This document shows positions 34,372 to 49,300 of a DNA stretch of 64,000 nucleotides, piece by piece. Location of the stretch: NCBI GenBank assembly GCA_964016885.1, contig OZ024741.1:408332001-408396000 (forward strand), read 5' to 3'. Source of the stretch: Eledone cirrhosa. Taxonomy: Eukaryota. Under the pieces are notes generated by a model. It made no database searches. It saw nothing but the letters and a program-made list of their open reading frames with translations, and was not told the origin of the DNA. The first letter of the stretch is position 1, and each line of letters begins with the position of its first letter. Position numbers and translations under genes: made by a program.

Positions 34372-37300
34372 TCAGGTGAGGATAAATCACTGAAATAACC
34401 AGGTAACCTCACCTGACACATCATTAGAGTGAGGCTAAGGTGCTGACACAACCAGGTAACCTCACCTGACACCTCAGTAAGGTGAGACTAAGGTGCTGAC
34501 ACAACCAGGTAACCTCACCTGACACCTCATTAGAGTGAGGTTAAGGTGCTGACACAACCAGGTAACCTCACCTGACACCTCAGTAAGGTGAGGCTAAGGT
34601 GCTGACACAACCAGGTAACCTCATCTGACACCTCAGTAAGGTGAGGCTAAGGTGCTGACACAACCAGGTAACCTCACCTGACACCTCAGTAAGGTGAGGC
34701 TAAGGTGCTGACACAACCAGGTAACCTCATCTGACACTTTAGTAAGGTGAGGCTAAGGTGCTGACACAATCAGGTAACCTCACCTGACACCTCAGTAAGG
34801 TGAGGCTAAGGTACTGACACAACCAGGTAACCTCACCTGACACCTCAGTAAGGTGAGGCTAAGGTGCTGACACAACCAGGTAACCTCACCTGACACCTTA
34901 GTAAAGTGAGGCTAAGGTGCTGACACAACCAGGTAACCTCATCTGACACCTCAGTAAGGTGAGGCTAAGGTGCTGACACAACCAGGTAACCTCATCTGAC
35001 ACCTTAGTAGGGTGAGGCTAAGGTACTGACACAACCAGGTAATCTCACCTGACACCTCAGTAGGGTGAGGCTAAGGTTCTGACAGAACCAGGTAACCTCA
35101 TCTGACACCTCATTAGAGTGAGGCTAAGGTGCTGACACAACCAGGTAACCTCACCTGACACCTTAGTAGGGTGAGGCTAAGGTTCTGACATAACCAGGTA
35201 ACATCACCTGACACCTTTGTAGGGTAAGGCTAAGGTGCTGACACAACCAGGTAACCTCACCTGACAGCTCAGTAAGGTGAGGCTAAGGGGCTGACACAAC
35301 CAGGTAACATAACCTGACACCTAAGTAAGGTGAGGCTAAGGTGCTGACACAACCAGGTAACCTCACCTGACACCTAAGTAAGGTGAGGCTAAGGTGCTGA
35401 CGCAACCAGGTAACCTCACGTGTCACCTCAGTAGGGTGAGGCTAAGGTACTGACACAACCAGGTAACATCACCTGACACCTAGGTAAGGTGAGGCTAAGG
35501 TGCTGACACAACCAGGTAACCTCACCTGACACCTAAGTAAGGTGAGGCTAAGGTGCTGACACAACCAGGTAACCTCACCTGACACCTTAGTAAGGTGAGG
35601 CTAAGGTGACACAACCACGTAACCTCACCTGACACCTCAGTAAGGTGAGGCTAAGGTGCTAACACAACCATGTAACCTCACCTGACACCTCAGTAAGGTG
35701 AGGCTAAGGTGCTGACACAACCAGGTAACCTCATCTGACATATCAGTAAGGTGAGGCTAAGGTGATGACACAACCAGTTAACCTCACCTGACACCTCAGT
35801 AAGGTGAGGCTAGGGTGCTGACACAATCAGGTAACCTCACCTGACACCTAATTAAGGTGAGGCTAAGGTGCTGATACAACTAGGTAACCTCACCTGACAC
35901 ATCAGTAAGGTGGAGCTAAAATGCTGACACAACCAGGTAACCTCACCTGACACCTCAGTAAGGTGAGGCTAAGGTGCTGACACAACCAGGTAACATCACC
36001 TGACACCTAAGCAAGGTGAGGCTAAGGTGCTGACACAACCAGATAAACTCACCTGACACCTTAGTAGGGTGAGGCTAAGGTGCTGTCACAACCAGGTAAC
36101 CTCATCTGACACCTCAGTAAGGTGAGGCTAAAGTGCTGACACAACCAGGTAACATCACCTGACACCTCAGGAAGGTGAGGCTAAGGTGCTGACACAACCA
36201 GGTAACCTCACCTAACACTCTAGTAAAGTGAGGCTAAGGTGCTGACACAACCAGGTAACCTCACCTAACACTCTAGTAAAGTGAGGCTAAGGTGCTGACA
36301 CAACCAGGTAACCTCACCTAACACTCTAGTAAGGTGAGGCTAAGGTGCTGACACAACCAGGTAACCTCATCTGACACCTCAGTAAGGTGAGGCTAAGTTG
36401 CTGACAGAAGCAGGTAACCTCACCTGACACCTCAGTAAGGTGAGGCTAAGGTGCTGACACAACCAGGTAACCTCACCTGACACCTTATTTGGGTGAGGCT
36501 AAGGTGCTGACACAACCAGGTAACCTCACCTGACACCTCAGTAAGGTGAGGCTAAGGTGCTGAGACAACCAGGTAACCTCACCTGACATCTTAGTAGGGT
36601 GAGGCTAAGGTTCTGACATAACCAGGTAACATCACCTGACACCTTTGTAGGGTGAGGCTAAGGTGCTGACACAACCAGGTAACCTCACCTGACAGCTCAG
36701 TAAGGTGAGGCTAAGGTGCTGACACAACCAGGTAACATAACCTGACACCTAAGTAAGGTGAGGCTAAGGTGCTGACACAACAAGGTAACCTCACCTGACA
36801 CCTAAGTAAGGTGAGGCTAAGGTGGTGACACAACCAGGAAACCTCACCTGACACCTAAGTAAGGTGAGGCTAAGGTGCTGACAGAACCAGGTAACCTCAC
36901 CTGACACCTTAGTAGGGTGAGGCTAAGGTACTGACACGACCAGGTAACATCACCTGACACCTAAGTAAGGTGAGGCTAAGGTGCTGACAGAACCAGGTAA
37001 CCTCACCTGACACCTAAGTAAGGTGAGGCTAAGGTGCTGACACAACCAGGTAACCTCACCTGACACCTCAGTAAGGTGAGGCTAAGGTGCTGACATAACC
37101 AGATAACCTCACCTGACACCTCAGTAGGGTGAGGCTAAGGTACTGACACAACCAGGTAACATCACCTGACACCTAGGTAAGGTGAGGCTAAGGTACTGAC
37201 ACAACCAGGTAACATCACCTGACACCTAGGTAAGGTGAGGCTAAGGTGCTGACACAACCAGGTAACCTCACCTGACACCTCAGTCAGGTGAGGCTAAGGT

Positions 37301-40300
37301 GCTGACACAACCAGGTAACCTCACCTGGCACCTTAGTAAGGTGAGGCTAAGGTGACACAACCAGGTAACCTCATCTGACACCTCAGTAAGGTGAGGCTAA
37401 GGTGCTGACGCAACCATGTAACCTCACCTGACACCTCAGTAAGGTGAGGCTAAGGTGCTGACACAACCAGGTAACCTCACCTGACATCTCAGTAAGGTGA
37501 GTCTAAGGTGCTGACACAACCAGGAACCCTCATGTCACACCTCAGTAAGGTGAGGCTAAGGTGCTGACACAACCAGGTAACCTCATCTGACATATCAGTA
37601 AGGTGAGGCTAAGGTGCTGACACAACCAGTTAACCTCACCTGACACCTCAGTAAGGTGAGGCTAAGGTGCTGACACAAGCAGGTAACCTCACCTGACACC
37701 TAATTAAGGTGAGGCTAAGGTGCGGATACAACCAGGTAACCTCAGCTGACACATCAGTAAGGTGGAGCTAAAATGCTGACACAACCAGGTAACCTCACCT
37801 GACACCTCAGTAAGGTGAGGCTAAGGTGCTGACACAACCAGGTAACATCACCTGACACCTAAGAAAGGTGAGGCTAAGGTGCTGACACAACCAGATAAAC
37901 TCACCTGACACCTCAGTAGGGTGAGGCTAAGGTGCTGTCACAACCAGGTAACCTCATCTGACACCTCAGTAAGGTGAGGCTAAAGTGCTGACACAACCAG
38001 GTAACCTCACCTAACACTCTAGTAAATTGAGGCTAAGGTGCTGACACAACCAGATAACCTCACCTGACACTCTAGTAAAGTGAGGCTAAGGTGCTGACAC
38101 AACCAGGTAACCTTACCTGACACCTCAGTAAGGTGAGGCTAAGGTGCTGGCACAACCAGGTAACATCACCTGACACCTAAGAAAGGTGAGGCTAAGGTGC
38201 TGACACAACCAGATAAACTCACCTGACACCTCAGTAGGGTGAGGCTAAGGTGCTGTCACAACCAGGTAACCTCATCTGACACCTCAGTAAGGTGAGGCTA
38301 AAGTGCTGACACAACCAGGTAACCTCACCTAAAAACTCTAGTAAATTGAGGCTAAGGTGCTGACACAACCAGATAACCTCACCTGACACTCTAGTAAAGT
38401 GAGGCTAAGGTGCTGACACAACCAGGTAACCTTACCTGACACCTCAGTAAGGTGAGGCTAAGGTGCTGACACAACCAGGTAACCTCACCTGACACCTCAG
38501 TAAGGTGAGGCTAAGGTGCTGACACAACCAGGTAACCTCACCTGACACCTCAGTAGGGTGAGGCTATGGTACTGACACAACCAGGTAACATCACCTGACA
38601 CCTAAGTAAGGTGAGGCTAAGGTACTGACACAACCAGGTAAACTCACCTGACACCTAAGTAAGGTGAGGCTAAGGTGCTGACACAACCAGGTAACCTCAC
38701 CTGACACCTCAGTAAGGTGAGGCTAAGCTGCTGACACAACCAGGTAACCTCACCTGACATCTCAGTAAGGTGAGGCTAAGGTGCTGACACAACCAGGTAA
38801 CCTCACCTGACACCTCAGTAAGGTGAGGCTAAGGTGCTGACACAACCAGGTAATCTCATATGACATATCAGTAAGGTGAGGCTAAGGTGCTGACAGAACC
38901 AGGTAACCTCACCTGACACCTCAGTAAGGTGAGGCTAAGGTGCTGACACAACCAGGTAACCTCACCTGACACCTCAGTCAGGTGAGGCTAAGGTGCTGAC
39001 ACAAACAGGTAACCTCACCTGACACCTCAGTAAGGTGAAGCTAAGGTGCTGACACAACCAGGTAACCTCACCTGACACCTCAGTAAAGTGATGCTAAGGT
39101 GCTGACAAAACCAGGTAACCTCACCTGACACCTCAGTAAGGTGAGGCTAAGGTGCTGACACAACCAGGTAACCTCACCTGACACCTTAGTAGGGTGAGGC
39201 TAAGGTGCTGACACAACCAGGTAACCTCACCTGACACCTCAGTAAAGTGATGCTAAGGTGCTGACACAACCAGGTAACCTCACCTGACACCTCAGTAAGG
39301 TGAGGCTAAGGTGCTGACACAACCAGGTAACCTCACCTGACACCTCAGTAGGGTGAGGCTAAGGTGTTGACACAACCAGGTAACCTCATCTGACATTTAG
39401 TAGGGAGAGGCTAAGGTGCAGACAAAACCAGGTAACCTCACTTGACACCTCAGTAAAGTGAGGCTAAAATGCTGACACAACCAGGTAACCTCACCTGACA
39501 CCTCAGTAAGGTGAGGCTAAGGTGCTGACAGAACCAGGTAACCTCACCTGACACCACAGTAGGGTGAGGCTAAGGTACTGACACAACCAGGTAACATCAC
39601 CTGACACGTTAGTAGGGTGAGGCTAAGGTACTGACACAACCAGGTAACATCACCTGACACCTCAGTAAGGTGAGGCTAAGGTACTGACACAACCAGGAAA
39701 CCTCACCTAACACCTAAGTAAGGTGAGGCTAAGGTGCTGACAGAACCAGGTAACCTCACCTGACACCACAGTAAGGTGAGGCTAAGGTGCTGACACAACC
39801 AGGTAACCTCACCTGACACCTCAGTAAGGTGAGGCTAAGGTGCTGACACAACCAGGTAACCTCACCTGACACCTCAGTAAGGTGAGGCTAAGGTGCTGAC
39901 AGAAGCAGGTAACCTCACCTGACACCTTAGTAAGGTGAGGCTAAGGTGCTGAGACAACCAGGTAACATCACCTGACACCTAAGTAAGGTGAGGCTAAGGT
40001 GCTGACACAACCAGGTAACCTCACCTGACACCTCAGTAAGGTGAGGCTAAGGTGCTGACACAACCAGGTAACCTCACCTGACACCTCAGTAAGGTGAGGC
40101 TAAGGTGCTGACACAACCAGGTAACCTCACCTGACACCTCAGTAGGGTGAGGCTATGGTACTGACACAACCAGGTAACATCACCTGACACCTAAGTAAGG
40201 TGAGGCTAAGGTACTGACACAACCAGGTAACCTCACCTGACACCTAATTAAGGTGAGGCTAAGGTGCTGACACAACCAGGTAACCTCACCTGACACCTCA

Positions 40301-43300
40301 GTAAGGTGAGGCTAAGGTGCTGACACAACCAGGTAACCTCACCTGACATCTCAGTAAGGTGAGGCTAAGGTGCTGACACAACCAGGTAACCTCAACTGAC
40401 ACCTAAGTAAGGTGAGGCTAAGGTGCTGACAGAACCAGGTAACATCACCTGACACCTTAGTAAGGTGAGGCTAAGGTGCTGACACAACCAGGTAACCTCA
40501 CCTGACACCTTAGTAAGGTGAGGCTAAGGTGCTGACACAACCAGGTAACCTCACCTGACACCTCAGTAAGGTGAGGCTAAGGTGCTGACACAATCAGGTA
40601 ACCTCACCTGACACCTAATTAAGGTAAGTCTAAGGTGCTGATACAACCAGGTAACCTCACCTGACACATCAGTAAGGTGAAGCTAAGATGCTGACACAAC
40701 CAGGTAACCTCACCTGACACCTTAGTAGGGTTAGGCTAAGGTGTTGACACAACCAGGTAACCTCATCTGACATTTAGTAGGGTGAGGCTAAGGTGCTGAC
40801 ACAACCAGGTAACCTCACCTGACACCTTAGTAGGGTGAGGCTAAGGTGCTGACACAACCAGGTAACCTCACCTGACACCTCAGTAAGGTGAAGCTAAGGT
40901 GCTGACACAACCAGATAACCTCACCTGACACCTCAGTAAAGTGAGGCTAAGGTGCTGACACAACCAGGTAACCTCACCTGACACCCCAGTCAGGTGAGGC
41001 TAAGGTGCTGACACAAACAGGTAACCTCACCTGACACCTCAGTAAGGTGAAGCTAAGGTGCTGACACAACCAGGTAACCTCACCTGACACCTCAGTAAAG
41101 TGATGCTAAGGTGCTGACATAACCAGGTAACCCCACCTGACACCTCAGTAAGGTGAGGCTAAGGTGCTGACACAACCAGGTAACCTCACCTGACACCTCA
41201 GTAGGGTGAGGCTAAGGTGTTGACACAACCAGGTAACCTCATCTGACATTTAGTAGGGTGAGGCTAAGGTGCAGACAAAACCAGGTAACCTCACTTGACA
41301 CCTCAGTAAAGTTGGGCTAAAGTGCTGACACAACCAGGTAACCTCACCTGACACCTCAGTAAGTTGAGGCTAAGGTGCTGACACAACCAGGTAACCTCAC
41401 CTGACACCTCAGTAAGGTGAGGCTAGGGTGCTGACACAACCAGGTAACCTCACCTGACACCTCTGTATGGTGAGGCTAAGGTACTGACACAACCAGGGAA
41501 CATCACCTGACACCTAAGTAAGGTGAGGCTAAGGTGCTGACACAACCAGGTAACCTCACCTGACACCTCAGTATGGTGAGGCTAAGGTACTGACACAACC
41601 AGGTAACATCACCTGACACCTAAGTAAGGTGAGGCTAAGGTACTGACACAACCAGGTAACCTCACCTGACACCTAAGTAAGGTGAGGCTAAGGTGCTGAC
41701 ACAACCAGGTAACCTCCCCTGACACCTTAGTAAGGTGAGGCTAAGGTGACACAACCAGGTAACCTCACCTGACACCTCAGTAAGGTGAGGCTAAGGTGCT
41801 GACACAACCAGGTAACCGCACCTGACATCTCAGTAAGGTGAGGCTAAGGTGCTGACACAACCAGGAACCCTCATGTCACACCTCAGTAAGGTGAGGCTAA
41901 GGTGCTGACACAACCAGGTAATCTCATCTGACATATCAATAAGGTGAGGCTAAGGTGCTTACACAACCAGGTAACCTCACCTGACACCTCAGTAAGGTGA
42001 GGCTAAGGTGCTGACACAATCAGGTAACCTCATCTGACACCTAATTAAGGTGAGGCTAAGGTGTTGATACAACCAGGTAACCTCACCTGACACATCAGTA
42101 AGGTGAAGCTAAGAAGCTGACACAACTAGGTAACCTCACCTGACAACTTAGTAGGGTTAGGCGAAGGTGTTGACACAACCAGGTAACCTCATCTGACATT
42201 TAGTAGGGTGAGGCTAAGGTGCTGACACAACCAGGTAACCTCACCTGACACCTTAGTAGGGTGAGGCTAATGTGCTGACACAACCAGGTAACCTCACCTG
42301 ACACCTTAGTAGGGTGAGGCTAAGGTTCTGACATAACCAGGTAACATCACCTGACACTTTTGTAGGGTGAGGCTAAGGTGCTGACACAACCAGGTAACCT
42401 CACCTGACAGCTCAGTAAGGTGAGGCTAAGGTGCTGACACAACCAGGTAACATAAACTGACACCTAAGTAAGGTGAGGCTAAGGTGATGACACAACCAGG
42501 TAACCTCACCTGACACCTAAGTAAGGTGAGGCTAAGGTACTGACACAACCAGGTAACATCACCTGACACCTAAGTAAGGTGAGGCTAAGGTGCTGACACA
42601 ACCAGGAACCCTCATGTCACACCTCAGTAAGGTGAGGCTAAGGTGCTTACACAACCAGGTAACCTCACCTGACACCTCAGTAAGGTGAGGCTAAGGTGCT
42701 GACACAATCAGGTAACCTCATCTGACACCTAATTAAGGTGAGGCTAAGGTGCTGATACAACCAGGTAACCTCACCTGACACATCAGTAAGGTGAAGCTAA
42801 GAAGCTGACACAACTAGGTAACCTCACCTGACACCTTAGTAAGGTTAGGCGAAGGTGTTGACACAACCAGGTAACCTCATCTGACATTTAGTAGGGTGAG
42901 GCTAAGGTGCTGGCACAACCAGGTAACCTCACCTGACACCTTAGTAGGGTGAGGCTAATGTGCTGACACAACCAGGTAACCTCACCTGACACCTAGGTAG
43001 GGTGAGGCTAAGGTTCTGACATAACCAGGTAACATCACCTGACACCTTTGTAGGGTGAGGCTAAGGTGCTGACACAACCAGGTAACCTCACCTGACACCT
43101 CAGTAAGTTGAGGCTAAGGTGCTGACACAACCAGGTAACATAAACTGACACCTAAGTAAGGTGAGGCTAAGGTGCTGACACAACCAGGTAACCTCACCTG
43201 ACACCTAAGTAAGGTGAGGCTAAGGTACTGACACAACCAGGTAACATCACCTGACACCTAAGTAAGGTGAGGCTAAGGTGCTGACACAAGCAGGTAACCT

Positions 43301-46300
43301 CACCTGACACCTCAGTAAGGTGAGGCTAAGGTACTGACACAACCAGGTAACATCACCTGACACTTAAGTAAGGTGAGGCTAAGGTGCTGACACAACCAGG
43401 TAAGCTCACCTGACACCTCAGTAAAGTGAGGCTAAGGTGCTGACACAACCAGGTAACCTCACCTGACACCTCAGTAAGGTGAGGCTAAGGTGCTGACACA
43501 ACCAGGTAACCTCACCTGACACCTCAGTAGGGTGAGGCTATGGTACTTACACAACCAGGTAACATCACCTGACACCTAAGTAAGGTGAGGCTAAGGTGCT
43601 GCCAGAACCAGGTAACCTCACCTGACACCTCAGTAAGGTGAGGCTAAGGTGCTGACACAACCAGGTAACCTCACCTGACACCTTAGTAAAGTGAGGCTAA
43701 GGTGCTGACACAACCAGGTAACCTCACCTGACACCTCAGTAAGGTGAGGCTAAGGTGCTGACACAACCAGGTAACCTCACCTGACACCTCAGTAGGGTGA
43801 GGCTATGGTACTGACACAACCAGGTAACATCACCTGACACCTAAGTAAGGTGAGGCTAAGGTACTGACACAACCAGGTAATCTCACCTGACACCTAAGTA
43901 AGGTGAGGCTAAGGTGCTGACACAACCAGGTAACCTCACCTGACATCTCAGTAAGGTGAGGCTAAGGTGCTGACACAACCAGGTAACCTCACCTGACATC
44001 TCAGTAAGGTGAGGCTAAGGTGCTGACACAACCAGGAACCCTCATGCCACACCTCAGTAAGGTGAGGCTAAGGTGCTGACACAACCAGGTAACCTCACCT
44101 GACACCTCAGTAAGGTGAGGCTAAGGTGCTGACAAAACCAGGTAACCTCACCTGACACCTCAGTAAGGTGAGGCTAAGGTGCTGACACAACCAGGAAACC
44201 TCAACTGACACCTAAGTAAGGTGAGGCTAAGGTGCTGACAGAACCAGGTAACCTCACCTGACACCTTAGTAAGGTGAGGCTAAGGTGCTGACACAACCAG
44301 CTAACCTCACCTGACACCTCAGTAAAGTGAGGCTAAGGTGCTGACACAACCAGGTAACCTCACCTGACACCTTAGTAGGGTGAGGCTAAGGTGCTGACAC
44401 AACCAGGTAACCTCGCCTGACACCTCAGTAAAGTGAGGCTAAGGTGCTGACACAACCAGGTAACCTCACCTGACACCTCAGTCAGGTGAGGCTAAGGTGC
44501 TGACACAAGCGGGTAACCTCACCTGACACCTCAGTAAGGTGAGGCTAAGGTGCTGACACAGCCAGGTAACCTCACCTGACACCTCAGTAAGGTGAGGCTA
44601 AGGTGCTGACACAACCAGGTAACCTCACCTGACACCTCAGTAAGGTGAGGCTAAGGTGCTGACACAACCAGATAACATCACCTGACACCTCAGTAAGGTG
44701 AAGCTAAGGTGCTGACGCAACCAGGTAACCTCACCTGACACCTCAGTAAAGTGAGGCTAAGGTGCTGACACAACCAGGTAACCTCAGCTGACACCTCAGT
44801 CAGGTGAGGCTAAGATGCTGACGCAAGCAGGTAACCTCACCTGACACCTCAGTAAGGTGAAGCTAAGGTGCTGACACAACCAGGTAACCTCACCTGTCAC
44901 CTCAGTAAAGTGATGCTAAGGTGCTGACACAACCAGGTAACCTCACCTGACACCTCAGTAGGGTGAGGCTAAGGTGCTGACACAACCAGGTAACCTCACC
45001 TGACACCTCAGTAAAGTGAGACTAAGGTGCTGACACAACCAGGTAACCTCACCTGACACCTCAGTAAGGTGAAGCTAAGGTGCTGACACAACCAGGTAAC
45101 CTCACCTGACACCTCAGTAAAGTGATGCTAAGGTGCTGACACAACCAGGTAACCTCACCTGACACCTCAGTCAGGTGAGGCTAAGGTGCTGACACAACCA
45201 GGTAACCTCACCTGACACCTCAGTAAGTTGAGGCTAAGGTGCTGACACAACCAGGTAACCTCACCTGACACCTCAGTAAGGTGAGGCTAGGGTGCTGACA
45301 CAACCAGGTAACCTCACCTGACACCTTAGTAAGGTGATGCTAAGGTGCTGACACAACCAGGTAACCTCACCTGACACCTCAGTAGGGTGAGGCTAAGGTA
45401 CTGACACAACCAGGTAACATCACCTGACACCTCAGTAGGGTGAGGCTAAGGTACTGACACAACCAGGTAACATCACCTGACACCTAAGTAAGGTGAGGCT
45501 AAGTTACTGACACAACCAGGTAACCTCACCTGACACCTAAGTAAGGTGAGGCTAAGGTGCTGACACAACCAGGTAACCTCCCCTGACACCTTAGTAAGGT
45601 GAGGCTAAGGTGACACAACCAGGTAACCTCACCTGACACCTCAGTAAGGTGAGGCTAAGGTGCTGACACAACCAGGTAACCGCACCTGACATCTCAGTAA
45701 GGTGAGGCTAAGGTGCTGACACAACCAGGAACCCTCTGTCACACCTCAGTAAGGTGAGGCTAAGGTGCTGACACAACCAGGTAATCTCATCTGACATATC
45801 AGTAAGGTGAGGCAAAGGTGCTGCCACAATCAGGTAACCTCACCTGACACCTAATTAAGGTGAGGCTAAGGTGCTGACACAATCAGGTAACCTCACCTGA
45901 CACCTAATTAAGGTGAGGCTAAGGTGCTGATACAACCAGGTAACCTCACCTGACACCTAATGAAGGTGAGGCTAAGGTGCTGACACAACCAGGTAACCTC
46001 ACCTGACACATCAGTAAGGTGAAGCTAAGAAGCTGACACAACTAGGTAACCTCACCTGACACCTTAGTAGGGTTAGGCGAAGGTGTTGACACAACCAGGT
46101 AACCTCATCTGACATTTAGTAGGGTGAGGCTAAGGTGCTGACACAACCAGGTAACCTCACCTGACACCTTAGTAGCGTGAGGCTAATGTGCTGCCACAAC
46201 CAGGTAACCTCACCTGACACCTTTGTAGGGTGAGGCTAAGATGCTGACACAACCAGGTAACCTCACCTGACACCTCAGTAAGGTGAGGCTAAGGTGCTGA

Positions 46301-49300
46301 CACAACCAGGTAACATAAACTGACACCTAAGTAAGGTGAGGCTAAGGTGTTGACACAACCAGGTAACCTCACCTGACACCTAAGTAAGGTGAGGCTAAGG
46401 TACTGACACAACCAGGTAACATCACCTGACACCTAAGTAAGGTGAGGCTAAGGTGCTGACACAAGCAGATAACCTCACCTGACACCTCAGTAAGGTGAGG
46501 CTAAGGTACTGACACAACCAGGTAACATCACCTGACACTTAAGTAAGGTGAGGCTAAGGTGCTGACACAACCAGGTAACCTCACCTGACACCTCAGTAAA
46601 GTGAGGCTAAGGTGCTGACACAACCAGGTAACCTCACCTGACACCTCAGTAAGGTGAGGCTAAGGTGCTGACACAACCAGGTAACCTCACCTGACACCTC
46701 AGTAGGGTGAGGCTATGGTACTGACACAACCAGGTAACATCACCTGACACCTAAGTAAGGTGAGGCTAAGGTGCTGACAGAACCAGGTAACCTCACCTGA
46801 CACCTCAGTAAGGTGAGGCTAAGGTGCTGACACAACCAGGTAACCTCACCTGACACCTTAGTAAAGTGAGGCTAAGGTGCTGACACAACCAGGTAACCTC
46901 ACCTGACACCTTAGTAGGGTGAGGCTAAGGTGCTGACACAACCAGGTAACCTCACCTGACACCTTAGTAGGGTGAGGCTAAGGTGCTGACACAACCAGGT
47001 AACCTCACCTGACACCTCAGTAAAGTGAGGCTAAGGTGCTGACACAACCAGGTAACCTCACCTGACACCTCAGTCAGGTGAGGCTAAGGTGCTGACACAA
47101 GCAGGTAACCTCACCTGACACCTCAGCAAGGTGAGGCTAAGGTGCTGACACAACCAGGTAATCCTCACCTGACACCTCAGTAAGGTGAGGCTAAGGTGCT
47201 GACACAACCAGGTAACCTCACCTGACACCTCAGTAAGGTGAGGCTAAGGTGCTGACACAATCAGGTAACCTCACCTGACACCTTAGTAGAGTGAGGCTAA
47301 GGTGCTGACACAACCAGGTAACCTCATCTGACACCTCAGTAAGGTGAAGCTAAGGTGCTGACACAACCAGGTAACCTCACCTGACACCTCAGTAAAGTGA
47401 GGCTAAGGTGCTGACAAAACCAGGTAACCTCACCTGACACCTCAGTCAGGTGAGGCTAAGGTGCTGACACAAGCAGGTAACCTCACCTGACACCTCAGTA
47501 AGGTGAAGCTAAGGTGCTGACACAACCAGGTAACCTCACCTGTCACCTCAGTAAAGTGATGCTAAGGTGCTGACACAACCAGGTAACCTCACCTGACACC
47601 TCAGTAGGGTGAGGCTAAGGTGCTGACACAACCAGGTAACCTCACCTGACACCTCAGTAAAGTGAGGCTAAGGTGCTGACACAACCAGGTAACCTCACCT
47701 GACACCTCAGTAAGGTGAAGCTAAGGTGCTGACACAACCAGGTAACCTCACCTGACACCTCAGTAAAGTGATGCTAAGGTGCTGACACAACCAGGTAACC
47801 TCACCTGACACCTCAGTCAGTTGAGGCTAAGGTGCTGACACAACCAGGTAACCTCACCTGACACCTCAGTAAGTTGAGGCTAAGGTGCTGACACAACCAG
47901 GTAACCTCACCTGACACCTCAGTAAGGTGAGGCTAGGGTGCTGACACAACCAGGTAACCTCACCTGACACCTTAGTAAGGTGATGCTAAGGTGCTGACAC
48001 AACCAGGTAACCTCACCTGACACCTCAGTAGGGTGAGGCTAAGGTACTGACACAACCAGGTAACATGACCTGACACCTCAGTAGGGTGAGGCTAAGGTAC
48101 TGACACAACCAGGTAACATCACCTGACACCTAAGTAAGGTGAGGCTAAGGTACTGACACAACCAGGTAACCTCACCTGACACCTAAGTAAGGTGAGGCTA
48201 AGGTGCTGACACAACCAGGTAACCTCCCCTGACACCTTAGTAAGGTGAGGCTAAGGTGACACAACCAGGTAACCTCACCTGACACCTCAGTAAGGTGAGG
48301 CTAAGGTGATGACACAACCAGGTAACCTCACCTGAGACCTCAGTAAGGTGAGGCAAAGGTGCTGACACAACCAGGAACCCTCTGTCACACCTCAGTAAGG
48401 TGAGGCTAAGGTGCTGACACAACCAGGTAATCTCATCTGACATATCAGTAAGGTGAGGCAAAGGTGCTGACACAATCAGGTAACCTCACCTGACACCTAA
48501 TTAAGGTGAGGCTAAGGTGCTGACACAATCAGGTAACCTCACCTGACACCTAATTAAGGTGAGGCTAAGGCGCTGACACAACCAGGAACCCTCTGTCACA
48601 CCTCAGTAAGGTGAGTCTAAGGTGCTGACACAACCAGGTAATCTCATCTGACATATCAGGAAGGTGAGGCTAAGGTGCTGACACAAACAGGTAACCTCAC
48701 CTGACACATCAGTAAGGTGAAGCTAAGAAGCTGACACAACTAGGTAACCTCACCTGACACCTTAGTAGGGTCAGGCGAAGGTGTTGACACAACCAGGTAA
48801 CCTCATCTGACATTTAGTAGGGTGAGGCTAAGGTGCTGACACAACCAGGTAACCTCACCTGACACCTTAGTAGGGTGAGGCTAATGTGCTGACACAACCA
48901 GGTAACCTCACCTGACACCTTAGTAGGGTGAGGCTAAGGTTCTGACATAACCAGGTAACATCACCTGACACCTTTGTAGGGTGAGGCTAAGGTGCTGACA
49001 CAACCAGGTAACCTCACCTGACACCTCAGTAAGGTGAGGCTAAGGTGCTGACACAACCAGGTAACATAAACTGACACCTAAGTAAGGTGAGGCTAAGGTG
49101 CTGACACAACCAGGTAACCTCACCTGACACCTAAGTAAGGTGAGGCTAAGGTACTGAAACAACCAGGTAACATCACCTGACACCTAAGTAAGGTGAGGCT
49201 AAGGTGCTGACACAAGCAGGTAACCTCATCTGACACCTCAGTAAGGTGAGGCTAAGGTACTGACACAACCAGGTAACATCACCTGACACTTAAGTAAGGT